Below, piece by piece: positions 63,761 through 64,000 of a DNA stretch of 64,000 bases. The DNA is from Octopus sinensis (taxonomy: Eukaryota). The position numbers and the translations under genes are program-made. The notes under the pieces are model-generated. The model was not told where the DNA came from. It saw nothing but the letters and a program-made list of their open reading frames with translations, and did no database searches. The stretch spans positions 46,252,001-46,316,000 of the forward strand of contig NC_043000.1 of NCBI RefSeq assembly GCF_006345805.1. Reading direction: 5' to 3'. Numbering within the stretch: the stretch's first letter is position 1; each line of letters begins with the position of its first letter.

Positions 63761-64000
63761 TTAGCGTCCGTTTTCCATGCTAGCATGGGTTGGACGGTTC
63801 AACTGGGGTCTGTGAAGCTGGAAGGCTTCATCAGGCCCAGTCAGATCTGGCAGTGTTTCTACGGCTGGATGCCCTTCCTAATGCCAACCACTCCGTGAGT
63901 GTAGTGTGTGCTTTTTACGTGCCACCCGCACAGGTGCTAGACAGAGCTGGCAAATGGCCACGAACGAATGGTGCTTTTACGTGTCACCGGCACGGGGGCC
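63562..64000 (-). mobile_element. Two adjacent RTE 3' ends with (GAT)n tails; the second runs off the window
   Basis: CATCAT...CGTTTAACGTC...CATGCTAGCATGGGTTGGACG starting at ~63575 and again at ~63730. Confidence 0.8.

Overview
AT-rich eukaryotic (animal) genomic DNA, dense in microsatellites and made mostly of decayed transposable elements. The repeat families and microsatellite density are most consistent with an octopus or other coleoid cephalopod, which is an inference from recalled repeat sequences. I recognise no intact protein-coding gene; only a few short candidate exons of a possible + strand host gene are visible. Recognisable elements: a complete SPIN/GTF2IRD2-type hAT copy with TIRs and an 8-bp TSD nested inside an older Buster/ZBED5-type hAT; two mariners, a DD37D maT and a Chapaev3-like transposon; Helitron-type non-autonomous elements; CR1, RTE/RTEX, Tx1/L1 and several R4/Dong LINE remnants; and at least four tRNA-derived SINE families. 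The most unusual features are a 7-unit tandem array of an R4/Dong 3' end separated by (AAT)n spacers, inside a 6-kb pile-up of elements on AAT repeats, and three degenerate minimal hammerhead ribozyme motifs of the Penelope/retrozyme type from two families. All translations and alignments were done by eye; family names rest on recalled motifs, not database searches.
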